Assembly: GCA_051313645.2 (NCBI GenBank)
Contig: JBNRSN020000009.1
Span: 152,582,001-152,646,000, forward strand
Origin: Centroscyllium fabricii
Taxonomy: Eukaryota
Length of the DNA: 64,000 nt
Direction of reading: 5' to 3'
Position 1 is the first letter of the stretch. Every line of letters begins with the position of its first letter. Below the pieces are notes generated by a model that saw only the letters and a list, made by a program, of their open reading frames with translations, ran no database searches and had not been told where the DNA came from. A program made the position numbers and the translations under genes. Shown one piece after another: positions 23,715 through 35,985 of this stretch.

Positions 23715-23948
23715 GTAAGTAAATAATTCCAGCAGCAGTACTTCTCTGTATGCAAGATGCTGAATTGGTCTGAATTATATCGCGCTTATCGGGGGGCATT
23801 TATACAGTGCCTTTCACAACCTCAGGATGTTCCAAAGTGCTTCACAGCCAATGAAGTGCTTTTGAAGTGATCGGCGCCCAGTGGTTGAATAATGCAATCA
23901 AAGATTAGTATTTTTATTACTTAAGTCATTATCTTTAGCAAGTAAGTA

Positions 23949-24200
23949 CAGGTCCGGCTCCGTTAATCCGGACACCGGTAATCGGCTAACTTCAGTCGTC
24001 CGGAACTGATCTGGCTGACTGGTCTGCGCATGCGCGAAAATGGCCACGATTGATGCTTCGGCAAGCGCATGCGCAGACCGTTCAAAATGGCCGCCGGCCT
24101 TTGCATACACATGCGCTCGCCGAAGCTTCAATCGTTCGGAGTTTTCACTTGTCCGGCACCGGCCTGGTCCCGAGGGTGCCGGATTAACGGTGCTCAACCA
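23949..24200. mobile_element. Tigger-like MITE (inverted sister of 46958)
   Basis: Degenerate caggt...ccgttaatccgg TIRs; GCGCATGCGC motifs. Confidence 0.75.
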
Positions 24201-24989
24201 GGACTGCGTTTCTTTATGCAGTGGGTTGTTTGAACATGGCATGCTTTGCTGCAGCCAGTGGGTTGAGGCCACGAGCATTGCATCTTTTAAGGGAACAGTA
24301 CATAAATATTTAAAGCTAAGGTAGATACAGGGCTCTGGGAAGTGGGCAGGGCAGCGCAGCGGTTTATTTTTGGCAGAGCTCTTAGAGTCTGCGTAGACCA
24401 GAGGGAACGCATCACCTCCTACTCTGCTGTAAGCTCTGTGTTTCTAGTGAGAATATCTGGGCGACCCAGACTTTACAGGGAGTCTAACAATTTTAGATGA
24501 AGTTCGTCGCGGATGGAATTCTGAGTAGAGCCCTCTTTAACATCGTTGTTAGTATCGGGCTTTAAAAAAAAAAAAAAAAAGTACTGGCCTTTACATTGGC
24601 AATGTGTTCCCATTCAAACATGGCCAAGTAACATTTAACGGTCGTCGGATAGATACGGATGAGGAAGGCCATTCTGTCCATCTTGGCTGATCCATCCAAA
24701 ATGAACCAAAGGTTCCCTCTTTCCTTTCCCCCCCCCCCCCCGATAAGAATTTCCAATGATTTCTTAAATAATTCCAGAGCTTTTGCCTCCACTACCCTAC
24801 CCCGAAGCTGTTCCATGCATTAGTCACGCTTTGTGTGAAGAAAAGTTTTTATATCCGTGCTGAGAAAACCTTTTGCCAGTACAAACCTGGGGTTCTTGTC
24901 CTACTCTCCTGGATTGAACTTTTCTTTATCATTTGCCGTCTTTTATATCGTCTGAGATACACGGTGTAATCTCTGTGTTACTTACGCAG

Positions 24990-25192
24990 ACTTTGAAGAC
25001 GTTACTGAGTTTATGGAGGAAGTGATCGCTATCTTAAAGGCAGATGAAGAGGTTCGGACATTCAATGAAGTCATGTTTCCAGTGTTGGACATTTTATTGC
25101 GCCGCATCAATGAGTTGGACCTTTGCCACATAATGCTGTATGGCTACCTGGACATTCTTCTTTATGTCACCCGACAGCCTGATCTGGCAGAA
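24990..25192 (+). CDS. UBE4A: UBE4A coding exon 6
   Basis: cgcag|AC...GAA|gtaaga; encodes [32 protein letters not shown]...TRQPDLAE. Confidence 0.95.
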
Positions 25193-25661
25193 GTAAGACA
25201 TTTCTGAACATTTCTCCCTTTGTCCTGTTGTATATGCGCAGCTGTTGGGGGTTTTCTATTTGGTTTGGTATCTGACGCATGTGGAAACCCATCCAAACTG
25301 AGCTACGGAGAAACTCACAGGTAGAGTTTCTGTGAGCTTGATATGGAATGTACAGTGTGTGCGCGTCCTACTTGGCAAGGCCCATAAAACTTACCAAGTT
25401 TGGGGACCATCAAGTGTGCTTTACTTCAACTAGCTCAAATTCTGCAGTTTATTAGTGCAGAGCTTTTTTGTTAGTCGTTGCTGGGATGTCGTTGGCAAGG
25501 CCAGCATTTATTGCCCGTCCCTCAATGCCCTTGAGAAGGTGGTGAGCCACCTTCATGACAATTGAGTGGCTTGCTAGGCCATTTCGGAGGGCTGTTCAGA
25601 GTCAACCACATTGCTATTGGTCTGGAGTCATATGGTAGTTACATGGTCACCATTACTGATA

Positions 25662-26354
25662 CAGGTTGAGCACCGTTAATCGGGTAACCGAAAATCCCAG
25701 CAACTTCAGTCGTCCGGCACAAATCGCCCCGACTGCCCTGCGCATGCGCAAAATGGCCGCCACGATCGAGGCTTTGGCGAATGATTTGCGCATGCCGAAC
25801 GGCGAGCGCATGCGCATGCGCAGATCATTCACCGAAGCCTCGATCGCGGCGGCCATTTTGCGCATGCGCAGGGCAGTCGGAGCGAGCAGACGGACAGGCG
25901 AGAGAGAGCAGCAGAGCCCACTCCAGCCTTTGATCCCGGCACATTCACACTCGCCGTCCCGATGGCTTCAGGAGACGCCGACCCCATGGAAGGCAGCAGC
26001 GGCTTCAACAGCGACTCGGACTCGGGAGGCCGAGAGCTCTGGCGCCTCGGAGTCGCTGGGAGACGAGGAGGAGAAGGAGGAGGCCTTCTCCGACCTGTCG
26101 GATGAGGAGCAGATGCCCGACATTGAGGGAACAACTTCGGGGCGGCCATTTCGCATGATCTGCGCCTGCGCTCGCCGTTCGGCGCATGCGCAGATCATTC
26201 AAAACATCGGCGGCTATTTTCGATGTTATGCGCATGTGCGCGGCCATTTTGAATAGTGCGCGCATGCGCACTGGCTGGCTTCATTCTCCCGGTTTTTTCG
26301 TTATACCGCCGCAGGCCTAGTCCCGCCCGTGCCGAATTAACGATGCACAACCTG
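25662..26354. mobile_element. Tigger-like MITE with GC-rich central insert, inserted in a SINE with RTE-X-like tail
   Basis: TIRs caggttgagcaccgttaat/attaacgatgcacaacctg, TA TSD; host SINE halves at ~25470-25660 and 26357-26485. Confidence 0.85.
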
Positions 26355-27104
26355 TACTGGCTTTTTCTAATTCTAGATTTATTTAACTGAATTTAAATTC
26401 TCCAGCTGCCAAGTTGGGATTTGAACGCTTATATCCAGATCATTAGTCCAGGCTCTGGATTACTAGTCCAGTAATGGAACTACCGTTCCTCTCTAGAACA
26501 CTGGTAAGCTTTCTGGTACATGCCCTTCCCATTTAGGCATTCACTTGAAGAGTTATCTGGCGCTGAATGGGACTGGTCCTCTGTCAGATCTACCCCCTGA
26601 AGTCCCGTCAATGATCTAGTTTGCTCGCCAGTCATCAGCAATGTCCTTGTGTACTGAAGACCAGCTTGGATCAGGTATCGGATCAACTTGAGTCTGCCAC
26701 TGGAGAGCAACTTGGTTTCAATCTCCCATCACCAAGCGTATCACCTGGAGCCAGCTGGACTCCAAAGGGACTCCGCTCCTCAGTTCCCACATCTCTTCAC
26801 CACCTCCCCCCTCCTTGCCTAGGAGGGTTAGTCATGAGGCAATGGGAGCCATGCGTTGTGATGTGATAGGTCTCCATCACTAAAGAAAAATTCTTAGCCT
26901 ATTCTGCCAACGCAGTATGCTGCTTGTAGTGCCGTGGGACGCTCCCACCAGGTGGTGCAGGTAAAACCTTCTGAAAGAGGCTGTTTGAAGATAGCCAGAT
27001 CACAAGAGTTTCCAACTCGGGCTCACTGAAAATCAGAGCACAACCAACAGAGTGGTTGGTCTTACGTTTTTAAATTGTGTTTAATCCTGATATACTGAGA
27101 TTTT

Positions 27105-30100
27105 GGACCTGATGGCTTACATCCTAGGGTCTTGAGGGAAGTGGCGGTAGGGATTGTGGATGCATTGGTAATAATTTTCCAAAACTCTCTGGACTCGGCA
27201 AAGGTTCCAGCAGATTGGAAAACTGCGAATGTAACGCCTTTATTTAAAAAGGGTAATAGACAGAAGGCTGGAAATTATAGACCAGTTAGCCTAACATCTG
27301 TGGTTGGCAAAATGTTAGAATCCATTATTAAGGAAACAGTAACAGGGCATTTGGATAAACATCATTTAATAGGACAAAGTCAGCATGGTTTTACAAAGGG
27401 GAAGTCATGTTTGAAAAATTTGCTAGAGTTCTTTGAGGACATAACATATAGGGTGAATAAAGGGGAACCAGTGGATGTAGTGTATTTAGACTTCCAAAAG
27501 GCATTTGACAAGGTGCCCCACAAAAGATTATTACACAAGATAAAAAATCACGGGGTTGGGGGTAATATTCTGGCATGGGTGGAGGATTGGCTTTCTAACA
27601 GAAAACAGAGAGTTGGGATAGAATCATAGAAGATAGGAGCAGGAGTAGGCCCTTCAGCCCTTCGAGCCTGCTCCGCCATTCAATGAGATCATGGCTGATC
27701 TTTAGCAAGCTAGTACCCCGTCCCCGCCTTTTCTCCGTAACCTTTAATCCCTTTAGCTTGAAGAAATATATCCAATTCCCTCTTGAATATGTTTAATGAA
27801 CTGGCCTCCACCGCCCTCTGTGGCAAGGAATTCCACAGGCCCACCACTCTCTGAGTGAAGAAATTCTTCCTCATGTCTGTCCTAAATGGCTTACCCCTTA
27901 TTCTTAGACCGTGGCCCCTGGTTCTGGACTCCCCCGCCATTGGAAACATTCTCTCTGAATCTAACCTGTCCAGACCTTTCAGAATTTTATACGTCTCAAT
28001 GAGATCGCCTCTCAATCTTCTAAACTCCAACGAGTACAAGCCCAGACTACATAATCTCTCCTCGTAGGTCATTCCTGCCATTCCAGGAATCAGCCTGGTG
28101 AAACGCCGCTGCACTCCTTCCATGGCAAGAACATCCTTCCTCAGGCGAGGCGACCAGAACTGTACACAATACTCGAGGTGTGGTCTCACCAGTGCCTTGT
28201 ACAGCTGTAGTAAGGTATCCTTATTCCTATACTCGAACCCTCTTGATATGAAGGCCAACACACCATTTGCCTTCCTAACAGCCTGCTGCACCTGCGTGCT
28301 CGCCTTCAGCGACTGGTGCACAAGAACACCCAGGTCTCTTTGCACCTCCCCATCTCCCAATCTATTGCCATTTAAGTAATAATCTACCCTCCTGTTTTTG
28401 CCCCCAAAGTGGATAACCTCACATTTATCCACATTATAGTGCATCTGCCATCTATCTGCCCAGTCCCCCAACTTATCCAAATCGCCCTGTAACTTCCTGA
28501 CACCCTCTTCAGAGCCCGCCCCCCCCTCCTAGTTTGGTGTCATCCGCGAATTTGGAGATATTACATTCAATTCCCTGATCCAGATCATTAATATATATTG
28601 TAAACAGCTGGGGTCCCAGGACAGATCCCTGCGGTACCCCACTAGTCACCGGCTGCCACTCAGAAAACGAGCCGTTAATTCCAACTCTCTGTTTTCTATC
28701 TGCCAACCAGTTCTCTATCCACATCAAAACTTTGCCCCCAATCCCATGAGCCTTAATTTTACATGCTAATCTTTTATGTGGAACCTTATCGAAGGCTTTC
28801 TGGAAGTCAAGGTACACCACATCTACTGGCTCTCCCCCATCTATTTTCCGAGTTACTTCCTCAAAGAATTCCAATAGATTAGTTAAACACGATTTACCTT
28901 TTGTAAATCCATGTTGACTCTGTCCGATCTCATCCCTAATTGTCAAATGCTCCGAGATTACATCCTTGATAATGGACTCGAGCATTTTGCCCACTACTGA
29001 TGTAAGGCTTACTGGTCTATAATTCCCTGCTTTCTCTCTGCCCCCCTTTTTAATTGAAGTTTCAATTGAAGTTTCTTAATCACGTAATCCACTTACGCTT
29101 GTTTAAAAGTTAGCAATTCTGATAATTTGTAAGGAAGCAGCAGATGTAGCATGACAACTATCATTAATATATAACCTGATATAAATATAGCCAATACATC
29201 TTTCTTTGCATTTATTTTAAGCAATAATGCAGAATACGGTATTTTACCTGCGATGATAGTTCAATTTATAGGAGCATTCTGGGCACATTCTCAGTTTCAC
29301 AAGGGCTAAATGGTTCGTTCTCAGACTGGCAGTCAGTCACTAGTGGTGTTCCGCAAGGGTCGGTGCTGGGACCCCAACTCTTTACAATCTATATGAACGA
29401 TTTGGAGGAAGGGACCAAGTGCAACGTATCAAAGTTTGCAGATGGCACAAAGATGGGAGGGAGGGTGATGAGTGAGGAGGACATTAAAAACCTGCAAAAG
29501 GACATAGATAGGCTAAGTGAGTGGGCAGAGATTTGGCAGATGGAGTATAATACTGGAAAGTGTGAAGTTATGCACTTTGGCAGGAAAAATAATAGAGCGA
29601 GTTATTATCTAAATGGAAAGAAACTGGAAAGTACTTCAGTGCAAAGGGATCTGGGGGTCCTGGTGCAGGAAACACAAAATGTTAATATGCAGGTGCAGCA
29701 GGTGGTCAGGAAGGCCAACGGAATGTTGGCTTTTACTGCTAAGGGGATGGAGTATAAAAGCAGGGAGGTCTTGCTGCAGTTGTACAGGGTATTGGTGAGA
29801 CCACACCTGGAATAGTGCGTGCAGTTCTGGTATCCATATTTAAGAAAGGACATACTTGCTCTCGAGGCAGTGCAAAGAAGGTTCACGAGTTTAATTCCGG
29901 GGATGAGTGGGCTGACATATGACGAGAGGCTGAGTAGATTGGGCCTCTACTCATTGGAGTTCAGAAGAATGAGAGGCGATCTTATTGAAACATATAAGAT
30001 TGTGAGAGGGCTTGATCGGGTGGCTGCGGTGAGGATGTTCCCAATGGTGGGTGAAACTAGGACTAGGGGGCATAATCTTAAAATAAGGGGCTGCCATTTC

Positions 30101-30548
30101 AAAACTGAGATGAGGAGAAACTTCATCACTCAGAGGTTGGTGGGGCTGTGGAATTTGCTGCCCCAGAGAGCTGTGGAAGCTACTACATTGAATAAATTTA
30201 AAACAGAGATAGACAGTTTCCTGGAAGTAAAGGGAATTAGGGGTTATGGTGAGCGGGCAGGTATGTGGACGTGAGGCTAGGTTCAGATCGGCCATGTGAT
30301 CTCCTGGACCAGTTTTCGATCGCCTAGATGGGTCGGAGAGGAATTTCCCAGATTTTTTCTCCCAAATTGGCCACTTTTTTAAATCTGGTTTTTCGCCTCT
30401 CCCGGGTGATCACATGGGTTTGGGCGGGATGGAGAGTAAAAGTAAAATTGAGGTTTGGATCAGATCAGCCATGATCTTGTTGAATGGCAGAGCAGGCTCG
30501 AGGGGCCGATTGGCCGACTCCTGCTCCTATTTCTTATGTTCTTATGTT
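27105..30548 (+). mobile_element. CR1 LINE (same subfamily as 19236) split by an insertion at 27620-29302
   Basis: The RT reads ...KQRVGI at 27619 and resumes [18 protein letters not shown] at 29308, exactly as contiguous in the 19236 copy. Confidence 0.9.
27620..29052 (-). mobile_element. CR1 LINE of a second subfamily, nested antisense
   Basis: ORFs 28509-28994 and 27710-28480 (RT); HE1-type tail ending ttctatgattct. Confidence 0.92.
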
Positions 30549-31247
30549 CATCTTGCAGCGAGTAGAGAAAATGTTCCCTGAGTACAACTATCATTAGTCA
30601 GTAAACTGTCCCAGACTGCTAACTTAAGGCATAACTTTATGATATCGGTGGGGAGCCTGGCCTACTGGGAGTGCAGATCAGAAAGTTGAACATAAGCTGT
30701 TTTCTGATGATTAGCTTTAATGAATGGAAAACTGTGCTCAGCGTGCGCGCATGCCTGAATTTCTGACCTGCTGTACTGCAGGTTCCCGTGCCTGCAGCGT
30801 AAGGTTTGAAAATGACCCCTTAGTGTGTTAAACATTAACGCCTCAATGCTTCACAATTAAACATAAAGACTAACCTGTGTGACGGCAGCTGCCCTGGAAA
30901 TGTAACTGAGTCAGCTTTCCAATATTGGTTTTTTTCCCCTCCTCCAGTTCACTTCTCGACTCTCCTCAGGTTCGTGATTTGTATTGGGGAATGGTTCCCT
31001 GGCTGCCAATTGCCCTCTGGTTCTTTGCTTGGCTGGCTGTTTTCCATGTATGAAGCTGAATACTAGGGGTGCCTCACAACTGCTCGTGACCTTGCCCCCC
31101 TCAAGATTTTACATATGCACTTTCCAGCAGGGTCACTGAATGGTAGTCGAGCAGAAACCTGATTAATTTACTCTCTGAACCTAGTCTGAGGTAGAAATGA
31201 AGACCATTTATCTGTACTGGGCATTTAGGAATTCCTACTCTTAATGG

Positions 31248-31503
31248 GTGGGTTTCCTCCAGGTGCTCCGGTTTCCTCCCACAGTCCAAAGATGTGCGGG
31301 TTAGGTTGATTGGCCAGGATAAATTGACCCAGGATATATGGGGATAGGGTGGGATATGTGTCGATGCAGGCTCGATAGGGATTTGGGGAAAGGGCAGGGG
31401 TGGGGTACTGGGTTTGGATGATCAGCCATGATCTCATTGAATGGTGGAGCAGGCTCGAAGGGCCGAATGGCCGACTCCTGCTCCTATCTTCTATGTTTCT
31501 ATG
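31248..31503 (+). mobile_element. HE1-like SINE, 5'-truncated
   Basis: 3' half of the V-domain and CR1 tail. Confidence 0.85.
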
Positions 31504-31651
31504 TACGTGTGTTTTTGTGCAACTGCTAATTACTTTTAATGTGTAAAATTTTTATTAACACCGCAAGATTGAATATTTAAATTCTATATTTGAATTTTTT
31601 TGTTGAAACCTTCAGTTTCAATGAAAATGATTGCTGTTTATCTCCCAACAG

Positions 31652-31843
31652 GTTTTCTTGGAGCATATTAAACCAAAGGATCCAAATAATGGGAACCTGT
31701 ACCAGCAGACCCTGCTGGGAACTGTCCTGAACATTTCCTGTCTGCTGAAAACCCCGGGGCTCGTAGAGAGTCACTTGTATTTTTTGAATCCCTCGCGGTC
31801 CAGTCCACAGGAGATCAAAGTCCAAGAATCAAACATTCACCAG
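31652..31843 (+). CDS. UBE4A: UBE4A coding exon 7 (Ufd2 core region)
   Basis: aacag|GTT...CAG|gtgggt; encodes [23 protein letters not shown]...[14 protein letters not shown]; 192 nt, phase 0/0. Confidence 0.96.
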
Positions 31844-32027
31844 GTGGGTCTTGGGCAGGTTGGATTCACTGAGGGGCTGTGGTGTGGTGTCACTTTCCTC
31901 CCCGTCTATTTTGTCTGGTCATACACTGCCTCGGGCTCAATGGGTGGGCTGACCCCGGACCCCTGCCAGGATCAATCTTGTTCCAGCTGGCAGGAGGCTC
32001 AAAAGAGCTAAAATACAGAATATTCAT

Positions 32028-33120
32028 AAAAACATAGAAGATAGGAGTAGGCCATTCGGCCCCTCGAGCCTGCTCCGCCATTTATTGAGATCATGGCTGA
32101 TCAAAACCCAGTACCCCGTACCTGCCTTCTCCCCATATCCCTTGATACCTTTACCGCTAAGAAATATCTCTAACTCCTTCTTGAATATATTCAATGATTT
32201 GGCCTCAACTACATTCTGTGGTAGAGAATTCCACAGGTTCACCACTTACTGGGTGAAGAAATTCCTCCTCAGCTCTGTCCTAAATGGCCTACCCCTTATC
32301 CTTAGACTATGACCCCTGGTTCTGGACTCTCCGGCCATCGGGAACATCCTTCCTGCATCTAGTTTGTCCAGACCTGTCAGAATTTTATAAGTTTCGATGA
32401 GATCCCCTCTCATTCTTCTAAACTCCAGCGAGTATAAGCCCAATCAACCCAATCTCTCCTCATACGTCATTCCTGCCATCCCAGGTATCAGCCTTGTGAA
32501 TCTTCGCTGAACTCCTTCCATGGCAAGAACATCCTTCCTTAGATAAGGCGACCAAAACTGCACACACTACTCGAGGTGCGGTCTCACCAAGGCCCTGTAC
32601 AACTGCAGCAGGACATCCTTGCTCCTGTACATCACGGGCGGCACGGTGGCATAGTGGTTAGCACTGTTGTCATACAGCACTGGAGACTCGGGTTCAAATC
32701 CAGCCTCGGGTACTATCTGTGTGGAGTTTGCACATTCTCCCCGTGTCTGCGTGGGTTTCCTCCGGGTGTTCCGGTTTCCTCCCACAGTCCAAAGATGTGC
32801 GGGTTAGGTTGATTGGCCAGGATAAATTGACCCTTAGTGTTAGCGGGGTTGAATGTGTGGGATTAGGGTGGGATATGTGTCGGTGCAGGCTGGAGAGGGG
32901 TATGGGGGGAGGGCAGGGGCGGGGTGCTGGGTTTGGATGATCAGCCATGATCTCATTGAATGGCAGAGCAGGCTCGAAGGGCCGAATGGCCTACTCCTGC
33001 TCCTATCTTCTATGTTTCTATGTACTCAAACCCTCTCGCTACGAAGGCCAACATACCATTTGCCGCCTTCACCGTCTGCTGCACCTGCATGCTTACCTTC
33101 AGCGACTGGTGCACAAGGAC
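32028..33120 (-). mobile_element. CR1 3' fragment with nested HE1 SINE (32636-33022, +)
   Basis: RT C-terminus interrupted at ...EY|RSKDVLLQLY; tgtac repeated at both junctions. Confidence 0.9.
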
Positions 33121-33412
33121 GCCCATTCAGAGGCCATCCATCAGTAATGGAGTACTGCCTCCAGTTTTTCTCCTCTTGCTTGCTTCCCCACCAACCCCAA
33201 TCTAGCAGGAGTTGCTGTCCAGCAGTCCGGCACCAGAACCCTAAGGGAATTTCATGTTTCTTTCCACTGTTGACCAACTCTTGGGTTCTGAGGTCAATTG
33301 TAATGTAGCTGCCACTGCTGAGATTAGATAAGACTCACAAAAGACTGCATTGAACATGGGGGCCTTTCTGCTCTGTGTAATTGTTGGGTTCCATACTGGA
33401 TAGTACACAGTT

Positions 33413-33835
33413 TTTTAAATTATTCCTTCACGGTATGTGGGCATTGCCAGCAAGGCCAGCATTTATTGTCTGTCCCCAATTGTCCTCGAAAGTGGTGTTG
33501 AGCCACCTTCCTGAATAAGTGGCTTGCTGGGCCATTTCCGAGGGCAGTTCAGAGTCAACCACATTGCTGTGGGTCTGGAGTCACATATCGGCCAGACCAG
33601 GTAAGGACGGCAGATTTCCTTCCCTAAAGGACATTAGTGAACCAGGTAGGTTTTTACGACAGTCTGGCAGTTTCATGGTCACCATTACTGATAATCTTTT
33701 ATTCCAGATTTATTTAATTAATTAAATTTAAGTTCCCCAGCTGCCGTGGTGGGATTTGAACTCCTGCCTCCGGATCATTAGTCCAGGCCTCTGGATTACT
33801 AGCCCAGTGACATATCCACGAAGATACCCTATCCC
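33413..33835 (-). mobile_element. tRNA-derived SINE with RTE-X-like 3' tail
   Basis: On -: gagttcaaatccc B-box, core tcctttagggaaggaaatctgccgtccttacctggtctggc, tail homologous to 13270-13347. Confidence 0.7.
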
Positions 33836-33919
33836 ATCAGTGGAACCATTAGCATTGCTTGAGTGTTTCTTTAACTTGCTACAATTCTGCGGTTAGTTTT
33901 TTTGGATTCAATAATACTT

Positions 33920-34690
33920 CCTCATTGAAACTTATAAAATTCTCACAGGACTAGATAGACTAGATGCAGGAAGGATGTTCGCAATGGCAGGGGAGTCCAG
34001 AACCAGGGGTCACAGTCTAAGGATAAGGGGTAAGCCATTTAGGACAGAGATGAGGAGGAATTTCTTCACCCAGAGAGTGGTGAACCTGTGGAATTCTCTA
34101 CCACAGAAGGCCGCAGAGGCCAATTCATCAAATATATTCAAGAACGAGTTACATATATTTCTTGTGGCTAAAGGGATATGGGGAGAAGGCAGGGACAGGG
34201 TACTGGGTTTGAATGATCAGCCATGATCTCATTGAATGGGCGGCACGGTGGCACAGTGGTTAGCATTGTTGTCTCACAGCACTGGAGACCCGGGTTCAAA
34301 TCCAGCCTCGGGTACTATCTGTGTGGAGTTTGCACATTCTCCCCGTGTCTGCGTGGGTTTCCTCCGGGTGCTCTGGTTTCCTCCCACAGTCCAAAGATGT
34401 GCGGGTTAGGTTGATTGGCCATGATAAATTGACCCTTAGTGTTAGGGGGTTTGAATATGTGGGGTTACGGGGATAGGGTGGGATATGTGTCGGTATAGGC
34501 TCGATAGGGATATAGGGAGAGGGCAGGGGCGGGGTGCTGGGTTTGGATGATCAGCCATGATCTCATTGAATGGCGGAGCAGGCTCGAAGGGCCGAATGGC
34601 CTACTCCTGCTCCTAGTTTCTATGTTTCTAATGGCGGAGCAGGCTCAAGGGGCCGAATGGCCGACTCCTGCTCCTATCTTCTATGTTTCC
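33920..34690 (+). mobile_element. CR1 3' end with HE1 SINE (34238-34630) inserted in its tail
   Basis: aatgg duplicated at the insertion junctions. Confidence 0.88.
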
Positions 34691-34874
34691 TCTTGGTCCT
34701 ACCCCTGTACTGACGGATGGCCTCTGATTATTCTGTATCATTTCACTACATCTAAATTTCTTGGTTGTCCCGCCCGCCGAGAATTTCTGCAGCTGGTTTG
34801 GGTGCTTTGGGTCTGCTTAATGGCTATCTGCGGTGGCTCAGTGGGTAGCACTGTTGCCTATGACTCAGAAGGTT

Positions 34875-35267
34875 AACATAGAAACATGAAGATAGGAGCA
34901 GGAGTAGGCCATTCGGCCCTTCAAGGCTGCTCCGCCATTCAATGAGATCATGGCTGATCATCCAAACCCAGTACCCTGTCCCTCCATTGTCCCCATATCC
35001 CTCGATCCCGCACCGACACACATCCCACCCTATCCCCGTGACCCCACATATTCAATCCCCCTAACACCAAGGGTCAATTTATCCTGGCCAATCAACCTAA
35101 CCCGCACATCTTTGGACTGTGGGAGGAAACCGGAGCACCCGGAGGAAACCCACACAGACACGGGGAGAATGCAAACTCCACACAGATTGTCACCCGAGGC
35201 CGGATTTGAACCCGGGCCTCCAGTGCCGTGAGGCAACAGTGCTAACCACTATGCCACCGTGCCGCCC
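34875..35267 (-). mobile_element. HE1-like SINE inserted in an older Deu-SINE (34830-35600)
   Basis: TSD aggtt; the host tRNA head is split between the A-box and B-box. Confidence 0.88.
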
Positions 35268-35680
35268 AGGTTGTAGGTTCAAATCCCACTGCATCCTCAA
35301 GCCCTAATCTGGGCTGACCCTTCAGTACGGAGGGTCTGAAGGTTAAATTGATCCCCCCCGTCCACTTGCTCAGGTGGATGTATGGCACAATTTGAAGAAA
35401 AGCAGGAGCTCTTCCAGTTTCCTGGCCACCATCACTCCCTCAAGCAATACTGCTTTTTACTCACTTGCTGTTTGTGGGGCCTTGCTCCTGCCACAGGTTG
35501 GCTGCCTCATTTGTTTATATAACAGCAAAATGTAATCCACTGGTTGTAAAGTCTTTGGGACTTTCACGGGTAAGAGAAGGCTCTATATAAATGAACATTC
35601 TTCTTTATTACGGTACCTTTATCAAATATCTGGAGTAGGTGACGGCTCAATACATGTCGTTACATATATGTAATCCACGT

Positions 35681-35985
35681 TTTTTTTAATTTGTTCATGG
35701 ACGTCGCTGGCAAGGCTAGCATTTATTGCCCATCCCTAATTGCCCTCGAAGGTGGTGGTGAGCCGCCACCTTGAACTGCTGCAGGTGTTCCCATGCGTCT
35801 GCTGTTCATGTCCTTCTTGCTGGTAGATGTCGCTGGTTTGCGAGGTTCTGTCAAAGAAGCCTTGGCGAGTTGCTGCAGTGCACTTGCAGATGGTCCACAC
35901 TGCAGCCTCGCCGCGTTGGTGGTGGAGGCAGTGAATGTTCAAGGTGGTGGATGGGGTGCCAATCATGTGTGCTGCTTTCTCCTGT
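35681..35985 (-). mobile_element. RTE-X-like LINE 3' fragment (degraded)
   Basis: EKAAHMIGTPSTTLNIHCLHH, homologous to the 12687 element. Confidence 0.75.
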
